Below, piece by piece: positions 1 to 14,870 of a stretch of DNA of 60,713 bases (positions are counted from its first letter, which is position 1; each line of letters starts with the position of its first letter). The DNA is from Bigelowiella natans CCMP2755. Lineage: Eukaryota > Protista > Cercozoa. The notes under the pieces were generated by a model, which had not been told where the DNA came from, made no database searches, and worked only from the letters and a program-made list of their open reading frames with translations. The DNA lies in the NCBI GenBank assembly GCA_000320545.1, contig ADNK01002732.1, positions 1 to 60,713 of the forward strand, in the 5' to 3' direction. Position numbers and translations under genes: made by a program.

Positions 1-362
1 ATATGAGATGGTTCTTCGTAGCACCAACCTTTGTAACTTGCTTCATATTAAGCTCAGCTGGTAGACTCAGATAAAGCCTTTCACAACGACACAATTGAAA
101 GAACAAGCAAGACTCAACGGGGGGAGGCGAGAGGGGGGGGGCGGCGGTATAATGTCAAGATGCATTAATTCGTTGCTCGAATCAAGATAGCCCGAAGTAT
201 TATTATGGGAATTATTTGTTTTCCTAATTATTGTTGCCTTCTCCTTCTTCTGACTCTTTTTCTTCTTCGTTATGATTATCACTCTTCCGGTTAATAGTGA
301 TGAGAGTAGTACCGACGGCCCATCATATCCTTCGTCTTCTTCTTTTCTTCAATATCGATCTG

Positions 363-432
<70 letters not shown>

Positions 433-617
433 TATTTATCTTCTAAATGTATTATTACTATCGTATCTCACTGCGGCTGCTGCTGCTGCTAATTCATACT
501 CGTTTATATCTTCTTCTTATTCTGGGTGCTTGGAAGAGGAAGATGCAGCAGATAATAAATGCTGATCTCCTTCCTCCCCCCTCTCTCACAATAAATTCAG
601 AGCAGTGTCAAAGCAAC

Positions 618-1842
618 CTGCAGCCGCACCACACGCAATAAAGTCTCGTTTCTCTTTGTCATTTCGAAACTCTTTGAATTTAGACCAACTTGTGTCAAAA
701 CTAAGGAGGAGGAGGGGGAGGAGGAGTGTGGAAGATAATAACAAAAATCAGCAGCATCCAACAACACCGTGAATGTTTGAGATTATTGTAGTAGTTGCAG
801 TAGCTGTACGTACGCATGGCATGTATAGGTGCTGCTAAGAATGAATTGCGAGTCAGTACAAACAGCAGGATTGTGTTTTGTCACTCAGCTTTCTTCTCCC
901 CTCCCCCTCCTTCCTCCATTTCTTCTTCTTCTTCTTCTTTATCTTTACACAAAAATCGTATATTCTACTGAGCATACTACAACCCAAAGGTGGATGATTT
1001 TCCCTGCGACAATCCAGCCCCAGCAATAGCACCCTATTACGTTGAATTGAGAGAGAGCAAGCACTCAATATAAGGTAGTAGTAGTAGTAGTAGTGGTAGT
1101 AGTAGTAGTATCTTAAGGTAGTTTGTATCTCATTACAAGTGGTATGTTTTATAACAAGTAGTAGTATGATCATTATGATTGTCAACAGCTGGCATAATCA
1201 TAATCATCATCATCATCATATATGATCCTACCAAAGAACAGTAATAATGAAATGATGATATTACTACCACATGGATGATAGGATGTGGGTGTTGTTGTTG
1301 TTCTTCTTCTACTACTACAACTACTAAGAATAAAAATAATACCGCATGGATCATAGGACCCTCCTTTCCAATAGGAAACCCTCCTCCAACAGCGAAAATC
1401 AACTAATTCAAATTTATTATTATCAAAAGTAAGTATGTACTCTTTCATTATGTGCGTGTGTCATTGCAAACAAGTGACTAGTATATTCGGATTACTACTA
1501 CTAATTTAGTAGTATTTTTAGTCATTCTACTAACTTACCCCGCCAGCCTTAGCAATCAATGTCTTTATTCTCATTGATCTGGAGGTGGAGGGAGGAGAGA
1601 GATTGAAATAAGGAGTAAAGAATAGGAGAGTTAGCGATGAAATTATCAAGTGTACGCGTACAACAAACAATAGAAGAAGAAGAAGAAGAAGAAGAAGAAG
1701 AAGGAAACAGAGTATTGTAAAATAATCGCCGTCAATGCAATAATAAAGCAAGATGATAACAAACGCACAGTTAGACAACAACAATAACAACAACAACAAC
1801 AATGGTAAGTGCAGGTGTAAGTACTGGAAATCCAGATGATAA

Positions 1843-1880
<38 letters not shown>

Positions 1881-4431
1881 CACATACACATACACACACA
1901 CCTCTTGATCATTACGCCATTGAGCAGGCTCTTAATCTCAGATATACCAGATCCTTGTTTTATCATCATAATTTAGAAGAAGAAGAAGAAGAAGAAGAAG
2001 AAGAAGAAGGGTGTAGACCACAGCATCGTAGTAGTATTAGGAGTAGTAGTAGCAACAAATTGTTGGAGTAACAACTACTTTTAGTATTAGGAGTAGTAGT
2101 AGCAACAAATTGTTGGAGTAACAACTTACTTTTAGTATTAGGAGTAGTAGTAGCAACAAATTGTTGGAGTAACAACTACTTTTACACCCTTCTTTTCCGC
2201 CTCCTCCTCCTCCTCCTCCTCCTCCTCCTTCTCCTCTAATATCTGATTATTTATAACTACCTGCAGCTATCGGTTCTAACATAACGAACAACCCACCAAT
2301 CATACTCATTCCCAGGCACATTCCAACCTAAAGTAGTAGTATTAGAGTAGTATTGCTGCAATTATCACGTGCTCAGGATGAGGAAAAAGAGAGGAAGTAA
2401 AGGAGAGGAAGATAAAGAAAAAGAAAATGTAGCGTTCTTCTACTTCTTCTTCTTCTTCTGACACTAGTATAAGCAATGTACTTCCACAATAAACAAGTAT
2501 AATCAGTACATAGTGAAAGAATATACTTCCACAATAAACAAGTATCATCAGTACATACTGAAAGCATGTACACACACACACACACACACAAACACACACA
2601 AACACACACACTCTCAAGCATGCCTGCATAAAATTAAGCTGCTTTACTTGATGATATAAATTGATATACTACAAGTAGTACTGTTCTACTATTGACTCAT
2701 CATCATCATCATCATCATCATCAACTTGTTAAATGGAAGACACGCCCTCTAATACTACCGCATCCAAGATAATATAGCATTTAATAATAAATAATAGAAT
2801 ATGTACACAGTAGCAGCGTTTGTATGTGGTAGGAGGTAGTATATAGTGGGCTGCTATCTTTGCTATATATCTCATTTTAATACCATCAGTAGCAATGTAA
2901 ACCCATGAGGTATTTCTCCTAAGATAGATATTTGTTCGTTTTATGATGTAAAGACATTGAGCAGGGTTGAGAGTAATTTATATTATGATACCGACTCAAT
3001 ACAAACAAATTATGCCAAAAAATCCTTAGTTAGTTAGAACATAGTACCGTGATGCTCTTTCATAATCCAGTCCTGAGCGGTTTTCAGTTTATACTTCACT
3101 AGTGTTTGTGTAGCCCTGGGAGGAAGAGGAGGAAACAGTGCTCAGCAGCATCGATAATGAAACCATTTTCATAGAATCAATGAATGAATGAATTCACAGG
3201 TGGTTTTCTTCCTCTTTGTCTTCTTTTTAATTTCATCATCATCTTCTTCATCTTCTTCTTCCCGCATCATGCCTAGTTGGCGGTGTACATGACGTTCAAT
3301 ACAACCCACATATGAACATTAGAACACACACACACACACACATACTGATGCATACCAGGTAATGAGTACAGCTACAAGGGCTGTAAATATTGCGATCACA
3401 AATGTTAGTCCCCATCGTTGGCGATTGATACTTCTTTGCTCCTCTTCCAGTGAAAGTCTAGTTCTGAAAAACAGTGACGACGATTTAAAAACATCGGCCA
3501 TATAGCCAAACAAACGAGTTCAATGTGCATAGCATATTCAATACTTATAATTCATGACGACTAACGCACTACTACTACTCACTTTTGAAATGCCCCTGAG
3601 ATTTTGAGATCAGGTTCTTCGAGGGTGTAGTTCAAAGCCTCATATTGCTAAAGGATGAAGAATAAATGAGTGGGGGGAGGGGGTGATGGAAGGGAAGGAG
3701 CAGACGATAAACAATTACGTATGGATCTCTAATGTCACAGATGTTGTCAGTAGTAGCTAAGTACATCGTTCGTGATTAGGTTTGCAACAACTGCATCGCC
3801 GTATACTACTACACCATCATTTGCGTATGGATCTCTAATGTCACAGATATTGTCAGTAGTAGTAGCTAAGTACATCGTTCGTGATTAGGTTTGCAACAAC
3901 TGCATCGCCGTATAATACTACTACCATCATTTGCTCTTCCAATGACACTTCGGCTCTTCCATCACGGTACTTTTCAATAGTCTTCGATTCCTCGTGCCCA
4001 TTTACGCTCTCGGAGAACGTTACAACCCTCTCGGAATAATCGTCATTCACTATACCAGCACATGACAATTATTAATATCGTGCATAGATGCAGCACAGCA
4101 GCTGCAGCAGGAGCATAGTACAATTACTGAATATTTTCACACTGTTCTTCACTAGATATGGAAATAGGATATTCTTTTCACCTATGCCGCCCTTGATATC
4201 AGAGTTACATAGTAGAGGCTCTCGGGCATCATTCCCGTTGACATGCCCGCTTCCTCTCGTGGAAGATGGAAAAACGGACCTTACCGGACGGCTTTCTGAA
4301 TCAGCAGCTCTTCCACCCAGGAGGTGGGGAGAAACAAACTCTGAGGATGATTCGCTTGGTTCTCTATACCCACCGCTGGGATGGACAGGGGTGGGAGAGG
4401 AGGAGGTGGAAGGGCTGTTCGAAGCCATCAC
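618..4431 (-). CDS. CLC: CLC chloride channel/transporter, ClC-6/7-like; multi-exon, 5' portion only (C-terminal half not found in window)
   Basis: GT-AG exons spell QYEALNY (~3570-3640), RWGLTFVIAIFTALVAVLITW, LEPIAAG|SGISEIKSLLNGV (1937-1953), LIFAVGGGFPIGKEGPMIHA (~1342-1401), GAIAGAGLSQGKSSTFG and FRNDKEKRDFIACGAAAG (618-700). These are CLC signature motifs with the gating Glu retained. Confidence 0.93.
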
Positions 4432-5051
4432 CGCTGCAGCATGCTCTCAGTCAGTGTTGTTGATTTATTTATTTTATATGTTTGTACCAGGGATTTATTT
4501 ATTTATTTCTGTCTCTTTTTAATACCAAAAACTACCTACTGGTATGAAGTTCCTTAAGAAGAAGACATCAACCCACTCATAAAAACAAATAGTCTCTCAT
4601 ATTTGTCGTTCTATTTTTTCTTCTGAGCAGCTAGCAGCATTGTAGTACGAGTACTCGTATGAGTCGGTCAAACTTGGAGCGCTCACAATCTTGTGACTCA
4701 TTATCAACGTTGCGACAAAGGATGTCGGGAATTTGTAATGGGTTTCAATTTCCTCCTGTTGTCGCTCCCCTGAAATACATTCTAATTTTCCTATTTAGGC
4801 TTTGCCGATGTAGGCGTTGAAAATTGGCCGGTCTGAGATGAGAGTACTCGTATACCACGAAATAATCTGTCTCCTTTTGTCAGTTCGCCAGCAACAACAA
4901 CAACAATCAATGATGGGGTAGACAACATATCCATGTCGCACATAAGAGATGCCCTGTATCTGCAAGTTTCTGCTGATTGTGTGAAGACGCTGGAGGAGGA
5001 CCATCGACGTGTACGTGCCACACATGTCGCACATCAGGTGAGGAGAGGGGG
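4432..5051. promoter_or_regulatory. Probable bidirectional promoter between head-to-head CLC and MATE genes
   Basis: ~620 bp between divergent start codons. Contains a 14-bp palindrome TACGAGTACTCGTA (4646-4659) and a partial second copy GAGTACTCGTAT (4842-4853). Function inferred from position only. Confidence 0.45.
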
Positions 5052-5555
5052 ATGATGATCAGCCAGCTACTCGATCGTGTAGTAGCAACCTGCTGGCACC
5101 TGCTACTTCTTCTGTTCCTTTCAGTTCCTCCAGCTGCTTGTCGATGTCACTCTATTCGAACCACCTCCCCAAATGGATGGAATGATGCTTCTGCCGTTGT
5201 CAAAGGGACAAGCTTACTTTCGAGTCATCAGCATCAACAGCTATTAGCATTCACACCACATTATTCCAGCCAGAAGGACGCTCTCAACAGTAAAAGACGC
5301 CTATGTCACTCAAGCCTTGCGCCGCTTGGTATGAATCCAAACGAAGGAGGAGGAGGAGAAAACCGCAGCAAGCAGCAGGGTAGTAGGAATCTGTTTGGTG
5401 TTTTTCCAAGGAATTTTTGGCCAAAGGGAGACGAGCTGGACAAGAAGATAGTGGGTTTTACAATTCCAGGGGGTAATGAACAACAGTATATGAGTAGTTA
5501 ACACACAAACGCAGCAAGCACGGATGATCGATCATCCATCCCTATTGGAAGGGGT

Positions 5556-5590
<35 letters not shown>

Positions 5591-6647
5591 TTGTGATCAC
5601 TGAACGTGCGCGTGGAGGATATATTCTATATCAAATTACATATAATATTTTTGCATGCTAATGTGATATATTATTAAAATTTTAATGATGACCAAGATAT
5701 TGATTTCTTCTGCCGGAACTAAACACTAGATGCGGTTGATTGTGGGGGTTGTGAATATGATATTGTTCAAGAGTTACTAAAGTTGTAAATTTGTTGTCAA
5801 ATTTGTTATCATTAATTATTACTATTATTACTATTATTATATATTTTAAACTTTTTATTCTCCCTTAATATAATCTTTTTCAGTCCTTAAAATCATCCAC
5901 ATGTAGTAGCTCGTGGGTCTTGCAATCTTCTTCTTCTTTCTTACTCTTCTCCATCATCATCATTATCATCATCATCATCTTCTTCTTCTTCTTTCTTCTT
6001 TCTCAGTCCTTAACATCATCCTCTTGCCACTTGTTGGTCTCGTAGACACGTACTGGGTTGGAAAACTTGGTGATTTATTCATTAATTGATATATAATATA
6101 TATATATATATATATATTATATATGATATATTGGGAATATGGAAGGGAAAGGAAACGGGAAAAGAGAGGAAGAAGTAAAACATGTACTATAAAGTTGATC
6201 AACTGCTATGACTCACCAAACCCCCCCTTGAAAGGCCATCATTTGCCGCAACCTGACACAAGAGCAAATACATTCAATACCATTGAGGAGGAGGAGGAGT
6301 GAAAAGAATGTTAATGTTAATGCAACCATTCTATCCTCATACAGGATCTGCGACAGAACTAGCTGGAATGGGGGCTGCTAATCAAGTAGGAGGAGGAGGA
6401 GGAGGAGGCAGCACATATCCAAATATTAAATATCAATGGAGAGTGAGGGATTTGTTTAGAATTGTTCACTAAATCCAAGCAAAAAGTCTTTACTTGCAAT
6501 ACTCTTTATCATCATTATCATCATCATTTCTTCTTTCTTTGTAACTGGTATTATTATAAAGAACATGTTTGCATTTATCAATTTTATGGGTTGCTGCTGC
6601 TGTGTCGTCTCCCCTAACCCTAACCCTAACCCTAATCCTAACCCTAA

Positions 6648-6691
<44 letters not shown>

Positions 6692-6880
6692 CTGTCATTT
6701 CCACCTAAGGTGTTTTCAACCATTTCATGGGCTGTTTCCTTCTTACCTTCGGTCACAACACCATTGGTGGCTATGGTAGTAATATGAACATGGAAAAGAA
6801 GAAGAAGAAGAAGAAGAAGAAAACCAGCAGTTAATTAGTAAGTGAGCAAGTGCTACATGTCGTTCGCTTATACTGCCACT

Positions 6881-6914
<34 letters not shown>

Positions 6915-7943
6915 CCATAAGGCATTGGCTCGTGGCCAAAAGGAAGTTGCTGAGACAAGAATAGCAGAATCGCTTTTCGTCGCAATGATAGTAGGAACAT
7001 TAGGTGTGGTGATCATGCATGTTGATGCTATTCATGTGGATGATGATGATGATGATGATGATGGTGATGATACAAATTAGCTTCTTTTATTGGTGATGAT
7101 CATGGAAATATGAAGAATAGCTTCAGTTGTTGATGGGAACCGTCTTGCTTGTTGTTGTGATGACATGAGTAGAAAGTAGTAGTATAGTATAGCTTGTTGT
7201 TGTGATGACATGAGTAGAAATAGTAGTAGTATAGTAGTAGTAGTTGTAGTAGTACTTGTCGTTATTAATTGATAATACTTTTGTAGCATTAATGATAAAG
7301 AAGAAAACGAAGAACATACCAAAGATGACATGACAGATATACACACACTCACACACTCACTCACAGTTAATGCTAAAATATATACATTGATAATATATAA
7401 TATATTGTAGGTTTATCATTTCTGCAAGTGAATCCTCTTCTAGCTTTGTCTCTTGTGGCTAGGACAGATGTAAGAAGAGGAAGAGAGAAGAACAAGAATA
7501 ACAAAAAAGAAGAATAGTAGTGCTGTGGATACCACCTAAAATATGAAAACATGGCATGTATCTTCTTAGGTTGTGAATCACACCTAATAAACGATATTAC
7601 ATATATGGTACTGCTGTCTATGGAATAATATCTTCACCGTCATAATATATCATCATCATCATCATCATCATTATCACCATCACCATTCTTCTATTATAGG
7701 CCCCATTCCTGGAACCAGCTCAAGAATATCTCTTGTTAAGGAGTTTTTCCTTCATTCCAGCACTTCTCACCACTGTACTGTATTCATTAGATAGCACTCC
7801 TCGCCACTCAAATGTATTTTTTAGTGTTAGATAGGAGAGCAGAACAACGACGACGATTGCGATGATGATTTCATGAGAAACCTTGTGTGCGTGTGTGTGT
7901 GTGTGTTTTATATTGCATCTGGAGGAGTAGTAATGCTAGTAGC

Positions 7944-7984
<41 letters not shown>

Positions 7985-8099
7985 AGGAGAATTATGATCA
8001 TCGTCGTCTTTGGTAAAAGCATAAGTGTTGTATCGTCATATATATCATCGTCCTTCGTTGTTTATACAGCTGCTGCTGTGATACTGATGGTCTACTACT

Positions 8100-8136
<37 letters not shown>

Positions 8137-8735
8137 TTAATGTTATTATTATCTGGTGCAGTGAATATCATTCATACTACTAATAATTGGTCATTATTGC
8201 TACTATACTATACATATTCACAGGTTGCTTTCTCAGCATTTAGAGGTAGTAATATAAACAGAATAATGATTAAACGATGTTGTAAAGATGATGTTGTAAC
8301 ATGTAGTAACTAACACAGCAGCCCTCCCACCCCCCCCCCCTTTTCAGAGTCCTACTACGACGGTCTCTTTCATTACCAATTGTTGTAATGTAATCATAAT
8401 TGAATAATACAGGGAAAATGGACACGACAACACCTCTGTTAATATCAGTATTCGCAAACTTATTGAATTGCATCTTGGATCCTGTAAGTATTGAAGAATA
8501 TCACCAATCATCAATCACCTCTATTCGAACAAGAAGAACAATATGATCAACACGAATAAGAGCAAAATAAAATGTGATTTGATCAACTACACCAATACAC
8601 AACAACACACACCTATGGTGAATATAGACGATCATGTTTTTTGCTTTGTCGCATTGTTCACATCTATCCATCGTCGTTTTCACTTATTATTTCTTCCTCC
8701 TAATATAAACTTAAGAAACATTTATATCTTATAAA

Positions 8736-8780
<45 letters not shown>

Positions 8781-8942
8781 TCTATACGTGGTGTGTGTGT
8801 GGATATACCCATCTAAATTATAACTATGTTTTTTTATCTTTATATATTCTGATTTCTCTCAATCACAGATTCTTATGTTTACCTTCAATATGGGATTGCG
8901 TGGGGCTGGTGATAAAACAAATAACATACGAGATGCATTACG

Positions 8943-8978
<36 letters not shown>

Positions 8979-11624
8979 ATATCGTTATTATAAACGTATT
9001 GCACTGCATGATGCGTCTGGGTAGGAATTCTTAGAGGATGTGAGTTGTGTAAATACAATAATAAAGCAATTTTGTTGTTGATATTATCTAAGTATACATA
9101 TTCTTAAATGTACTTGTAAAAACTACTACTTTTACTACCACTAACTACTACGTGTATCATCATCATCCAGCCCTTGCAACCGTGATAGCTGAATTTGCGT
9201 CCGCATTCGTGTTTATGACACTCATGATCCGCCAGAAAATGGTAGTAGTAGTAGTAGTAGTAGTAGTAGTAATTAGTATTTTGCGTATTGGGAGAGTAAG
9301 GTAGTAGTGAGAGGAGGAGGGCGGTTATCAGAGAAGGGTGGTAGTAATTAGTAGTAGTAGTAGAATAGTAGAACGAACTATGAAGCTTGGGAGATGAAGA
9401 AGGAAGATAATAAATGGGTTGTTCTTTCAGGATACATGCATAGTGGTAATGCGGTCTTTGTAATTATCTTTGAAAATATCTATACTCGTCTGAAGCGATT
9501 AGAATAAATCCCTCGAATAATCTACCAATTATGTATGGGAAGGAAGAAGAAGAGAAATGCTTAGATATTATTATTTATAATTTATTGCACTGCTTTTAGG
9601 TGAGGCTTTCAAAGATATTTCGAGTACCCGAATGGGCGTCTCTCAAACCACTCGTCGCGGTTAGCAAATGATAGATAAGATACATAAATAGTTTCACTCC
9701 CTCCGGAATAATGTGTGCATTGTTATTATGTTGTTCTCTGCAATAAGTAGTAGTTCTTGCGAATGAGCTTGCATCTTCTTCGTCCTCCTCCTCATCCTCC
9801 TCACCATTGTCCTCGTCGTGACGCTAGATTACTATCTCTTTCCTATTCATTCTTTTATGTGTGATAATATTTATATTGCACTAATAATCTAGGGTGGGGC
9901 TGCCATTCAAATGAGGTCTCTCATGATGAACCTAGCCCTTTTAAGGTGCTGCTAGTGTTAGCAGTAACAACTAGTTTGTGTTATTATGCATTTAAAAACA
10001 TCAGCTGAGTCGTGACGTGAATATATCAACTTTAACGCAGCTACAGCAGCAAGCAGCACCAAAACATGTGTTATAATAATCATTACGATTGTTCTTCCTT
10101 TATTACATCTAGTGCAACGAGGACAGCAAATGGGATGGATTCGAACGTAAGATCATGATGATGATGGTGATGATGATGATGATATCATGTTAATTATGAT
10201 GGATAAGATAGATCATTTGCTGTTGACTACTATGTCCCACTAAGGAATAAATGAAACGTAAGTCGGTGGGAAATTGGGATAGTCGTTAATTTAATATCTT
10301 TATCATCACACTGTACTTCTTCCTCTTCTTAGGGTGTTTCAGCTGCAGCATATCAGCTTACTGTCATCTTTTGGCAGGTAAATAGTTGACTATATTGGCC
10401 TCATATAGAAATGACGATACTGATGATGATCATGATAACGATGATGATAACACTGATGGACAATTTTGATCTTATTCTCAGTTTTTGTAGTTAGATATGG
10501 TTTGGTCGGTAGTTTACCGTCTTCTTCTTTCTTCTTCTTCCTGAAATTTCGACCTATGTAAAGAAATAGTTTAATATACTCTAATAACTAACCTCTTATT
10601 ACCACCTACTACTAACCTAACTACTACTACTACTACTACTACTACTGTCTAACCTGTTTATTCATTCATTTATCATCATCTTCCATAGCTTGGTGCTACC
10701 GTCATGTTAGCTCTGTCAACAACAGCTTCTGTGATGGTAATGAAATAACCACTAATCGCACCAGTAGCAGCAGTATTAGTAAGTAGTAGGAGTGGCAGTA
10801 AGAGTAGGAATAGTAGGTCATTAGCTTTGCATTCAGCAGCTAGCAGGAGAGGACCTTAAGTATATTTTATACAATCAGATAACATTGTTAGTTGTTCTTA
10901 CATTGAATTAGCCATATCATCGTCTTGTTAGTTGTTCTCACATTGAATTAGACATATTATCGTCTTGAGATAAACATGCCACTGTACTGCTGGTGGTTCT
11001 GTTTACTGGTTATATGATTCATTATATATGATTGTTGTTGCATCACATCAGGTTTCTTCGCAGCTAGGAAAGGGCGGAAGTAGTAGCAGCAGCAGCAGCA
11101 GCAGCGGTGGAGAAGAGAAAGAGGGTGAGAAGAAGAAGAGTACTAATGCTGGTGATAGTAAACTAGCAGCGTACAATGTTTCAGCTGCTGCAAGGTAATT
11201 AGTGAATAATAACAAATTCTATCTCTACAACCAATTTGATTACAAAAAAACACGTCAAATCAATTACTTGGGAAAATGCATATGGCAGTAATACGCATTG
11301 TTACTTACCATCCCTTAAGTAATGATGCAGTAGGTTCCCTCTAATGATAAATTAAAACGAGACACCACTACTGATACTTGTAGTAGTAGTAGTAGTAGTA
11401 GTAGTAAATGATGTAATACTTGTCGTGATGATGGAATCATTCGTGATCTTTGGCCCCTCCTTTGCTTGGTATATACTGTATTCGTTTATTATTTATGACG
11501 ACACGACAGAGATACTGCAGATAGAATGTTAGGGTGGGGCCTTACCTCAGGACTTATCTTTGGAATTGCACAAGTAGTAGTAGTAGTAGTAGTAGTAATA
11601 GTAGTTGTAGTAGTATTAGTAGGA

Positions 11625-11655
<31 letters not shown>

Positions 11656-12150
11656 AGTGGTAGTGGTGGTGGTGGTAGGGGGTAGTACATGCTGATGATA
11701 TCTGCTCTCGTGCTTAACTTGTCTATGTTGTGAAGCTAAAAGCCATTTCATTCAAATCGTATACCATTTATTGGAATTATTCTATGTGATGTGTAAGAGA
11801 CATCAAATGTGCGTATGTGTGTGTGCGTGTGTGTGTGTGCGTGCGTGCGTGCTTTCTCCTTCTCACACTACTTCATTTGTTCCTCCTTTCAGCTACTTTC
11901 GATGCCTTTAATTGGCAAATTCTCGTCCATTGAGGCTGTCAACGAGGCGGTATACATAAAACACTCAACAGAGATTATCAAATACACTGAATCATCGATC
12001 AGAATAACACAATATCTTCATTTATATTGTTAAGAGTCGTCTTCCTTGAATAGGCACGAAGTGCCGCAGCATTAGTCGCGCTGTCGCAATTTCTGAACGG
12101 TCTTACTTTCACCGGAGAAGGGATTATGCAGGTACTACAAATGCTACTCG

Positions 12151-12186
<36 letters not shown>

Positions 12187-12708
12187 GACTACTACTAGGG
12201 GTAGTGGTAGTAGTTAGTAGTAGTGGTGGTGGTGGTAGATATGCTGCTGCCTCATATATTCATGGGGTTGATGCATGCATGCATTGTATACAATGAAGAG
12301 AAGAAGGGAAGGGAGACGGAGAGAAGAGAATAGGAAGAAGGGAGGATGATGCTGCTTATTATTATTCTCATGGACAACACTTAAATTGTTCTCCTCCTTA
12401 TCCTTCTCTGTCTTCCTTCCCCCTTTATAAATAAACTACTAATTATTCAGGGATTAAGTTGTTTCCGTGGATTAGCAATAATAAGCATGGTAGTAGCAGT
12501 TTACCTCAACCAATCGCCACATATGTTACAAGCTGCTGCAGCTGGCAACAATAATAATCCATCCATCCATCCATAGTACAAACTGCTGCTGCTGCAAATT
12601 AATCATCCACCCATCCATCTTTCGGAACCAACAGCTTCTTAATCCTAGCGTCGTCGTTGTCGTCGTTTAACAACTGAAACATCATGATTTGAAGACTGAT
12701 GATCCCAC

Positions 12709-12745
<37 letters not shown>

Positions 12746-13017
12746 TCCATCAACTGTAGCTAGGAGCTGTGGCAGTTCTCCTGGGCCTCAAAATCGTGTC
12801 AATGTAGTGCTATGCTTTCATATTTACTACTATTTGCAACTTCCTCACTATATCATAATATTACTGTATTAGATTTAACCTTGGCCTGACCGGCGTGTGG
12901 TCAATTCTTCTCCTATTTGGTGTTGTTCGTGTTGCTGGGGTTTTGCTTCATCGCTACAAAATCGGCCCATTAGCAGAAGCAAATTCCTCATTAAAGAGCA
13001 GTACCAGTAGCACATAG
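5052..13017 (+). CDS. MATE (DinF/DTX-like) efflux transporter with bipartite plastid-targeting leader; multi-exon
   Basis: Hydrophobic signal plus S/T-rich extension, then DKKIVGFTIP, VLNIILLPLVGLVDTYWVGKLG (~6007-6078), VFSTISWAVSFLPSVTTPLVA, APFLEPAQEYLLVR, ALATVIAEFASAFVF, GVSAAAYQLTVIFWQ, SQFLNGLTFTGEGIMQ and GLTGVWSILLLFGVVRVAG...ST* (stop 13015-13017). Confidence 0.9.
6612..6647. repeat. Interstitial telomeric repeat (CCCTAA)x6, one unit TCCTAA, inside a MATE intron
   Basis: Read directly; followed by a (CT)n tract and the splice acceptor. Confidence 0.9.
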
Positions 13018-13757
13018 TTCGACGATACTCATGACGTTAAAATTGCAGGGAAAATGCAATATGAGTCTTTGATGATGATGACAGAAACGAAAGCATATAT
13101 CAGCTAGAAATAAATCAGTAGGGCAGCTCTGCAGACACCCCATGGCCGCACGCTCTTGTCTCACACAAATATGATGAATGTGCGTGTGCAGCTCACACGT
13201 TGTGCACTAACTTATTTGTGTGAGTGAATCGTTAGAAGAACTTATACTTTAAAAACTGCAATAAGCACGTGCAAATAACCTATTATTACCGACTATATTT
13301 TGTCATTGGAAACGCATTGTCTGCAATCAGATATTGTGATTCAGCCACATCGCTACATGCACATAGCGGATTGGACGGCGGAGCATAGTTCATGGTGATG
13401 TACATTTAATTAGTCCGCCATGCACATGCAATATTATGTTGTATATTGCATCACACATGTACGTATATTGGCGCCTAGCAAACAACTCGCTACGTGCTGT
13501 GTTACAAATTGAGCAATGTGTGTGCTTATGGTGTTATTTGTGGTCCGCGACTGTGCTGTGTGTGCGGTAAAGGCATTTGTTCTGTAGCGGAATATGTACA
13601 AAGTGCGCACAACACTCAATCTATTCCTCAGATACTATATTGTCTAAAAGCTGCCGTAAGGACGCTATCTTATATTACATGACATGTCCATATAATTCTA
13701 CTTGCATCATCGTTATGATCACGTCTTGTGAGTGTTCCCAGCAGCAACAGTAATACT

Positions 13758-13961
13758 TTAGCAGTCATCACTTCCAAGGACACCATCTTTGTTTAAATCA
13801 GCCTTGTTGAATTCTTCCTTTAAAACCTGGGATAAGAAGTAACGAGCCACGCGAGAAAAGATAATGAATCTTGTGACAAAAAATGCGGCAACTAAGATGA
13901 TGATCGAAACTGCTTATATGATATATATTCTGGATGATGTGTGGCTAGATTGGATGATGCA

Positions 13962-13994
<33 letters not shown>

Positions 13995-14295
13995 CATGAG
14001 AACGGACAAATCAGCACCAAATTTCAGCAGATCTAGCTCCTGGAATAAATAATTTATCGTGATTATATATAAACGACTTGCATCTTACAAAGAAAGTATA
14101 TAGGGCAGCAGAGATGTTGTTGTGAGTGGCTGGAAATTTACATATTTCTCCTCAAAACACACACACACACACACACACATACACAAACACTAATACACAC
14201 AGACACGAGGATTAAATTGAATATGATAACACGCAAAATGCAACATGAATCAGTATTATATATATATATATAATATATATATATATAATTATATA

Positions 14296-14335
<40 letters not shown>

Positions 14336-14692
14336 CTGTGTGCTGTGTGCTGTGTGTTGTGTGCGTACTGATGTCTTCTTATTTAAAAACTAAAGTACAT
14401 AATCATGATCATCATTATCATTCACTGTCATATATTGCAATTATTACATCATAATACACGACACGTATCATCATATCACGACCTTGAGTCTCATGAATAC
14501 ATATTCTGCCTGTAATGAAAATAATTATTAATATACGTTTTATTATTATTGTTCTGATAGGTTGTAATAGTAGTAGTAGCGGTGGTGGTAGCAGTAGTAG
14601 TCGTTGTAGTAGTAAGAAAACAATAATGGCAATAACAATAGTAGCTGCAACAATATGCCTCTTTATTGTGTATTAAAACTATATGAACATCA

Positions 14693-14726
<34 letters not shown>

Positions 14727-14828
14727 TGCTATCATTACCATATCGATTCGGTTATCTCCATCCACATCAACGTCTCTTAATAGTCTCTGTAGACCCTACA
14801 AAAATACACAAAGTAATGAACAATTCAG

Positions 14829-14870
<42 letters not shown>

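Noticed and set aside
50-70. AGCTCAGCTGGTAGA, resembling a tRNA D-arm/A-box
   Set aside because: No T-arm (GTTCRA) or acceptor stem follows.
1937-1953. CLC motif GSGISE instead of GSGIPE
   Set aside because: The selectivity Ser and gating Glu are intact, and I recall GSGISE in fungal CLCs; not evidence of novelty.
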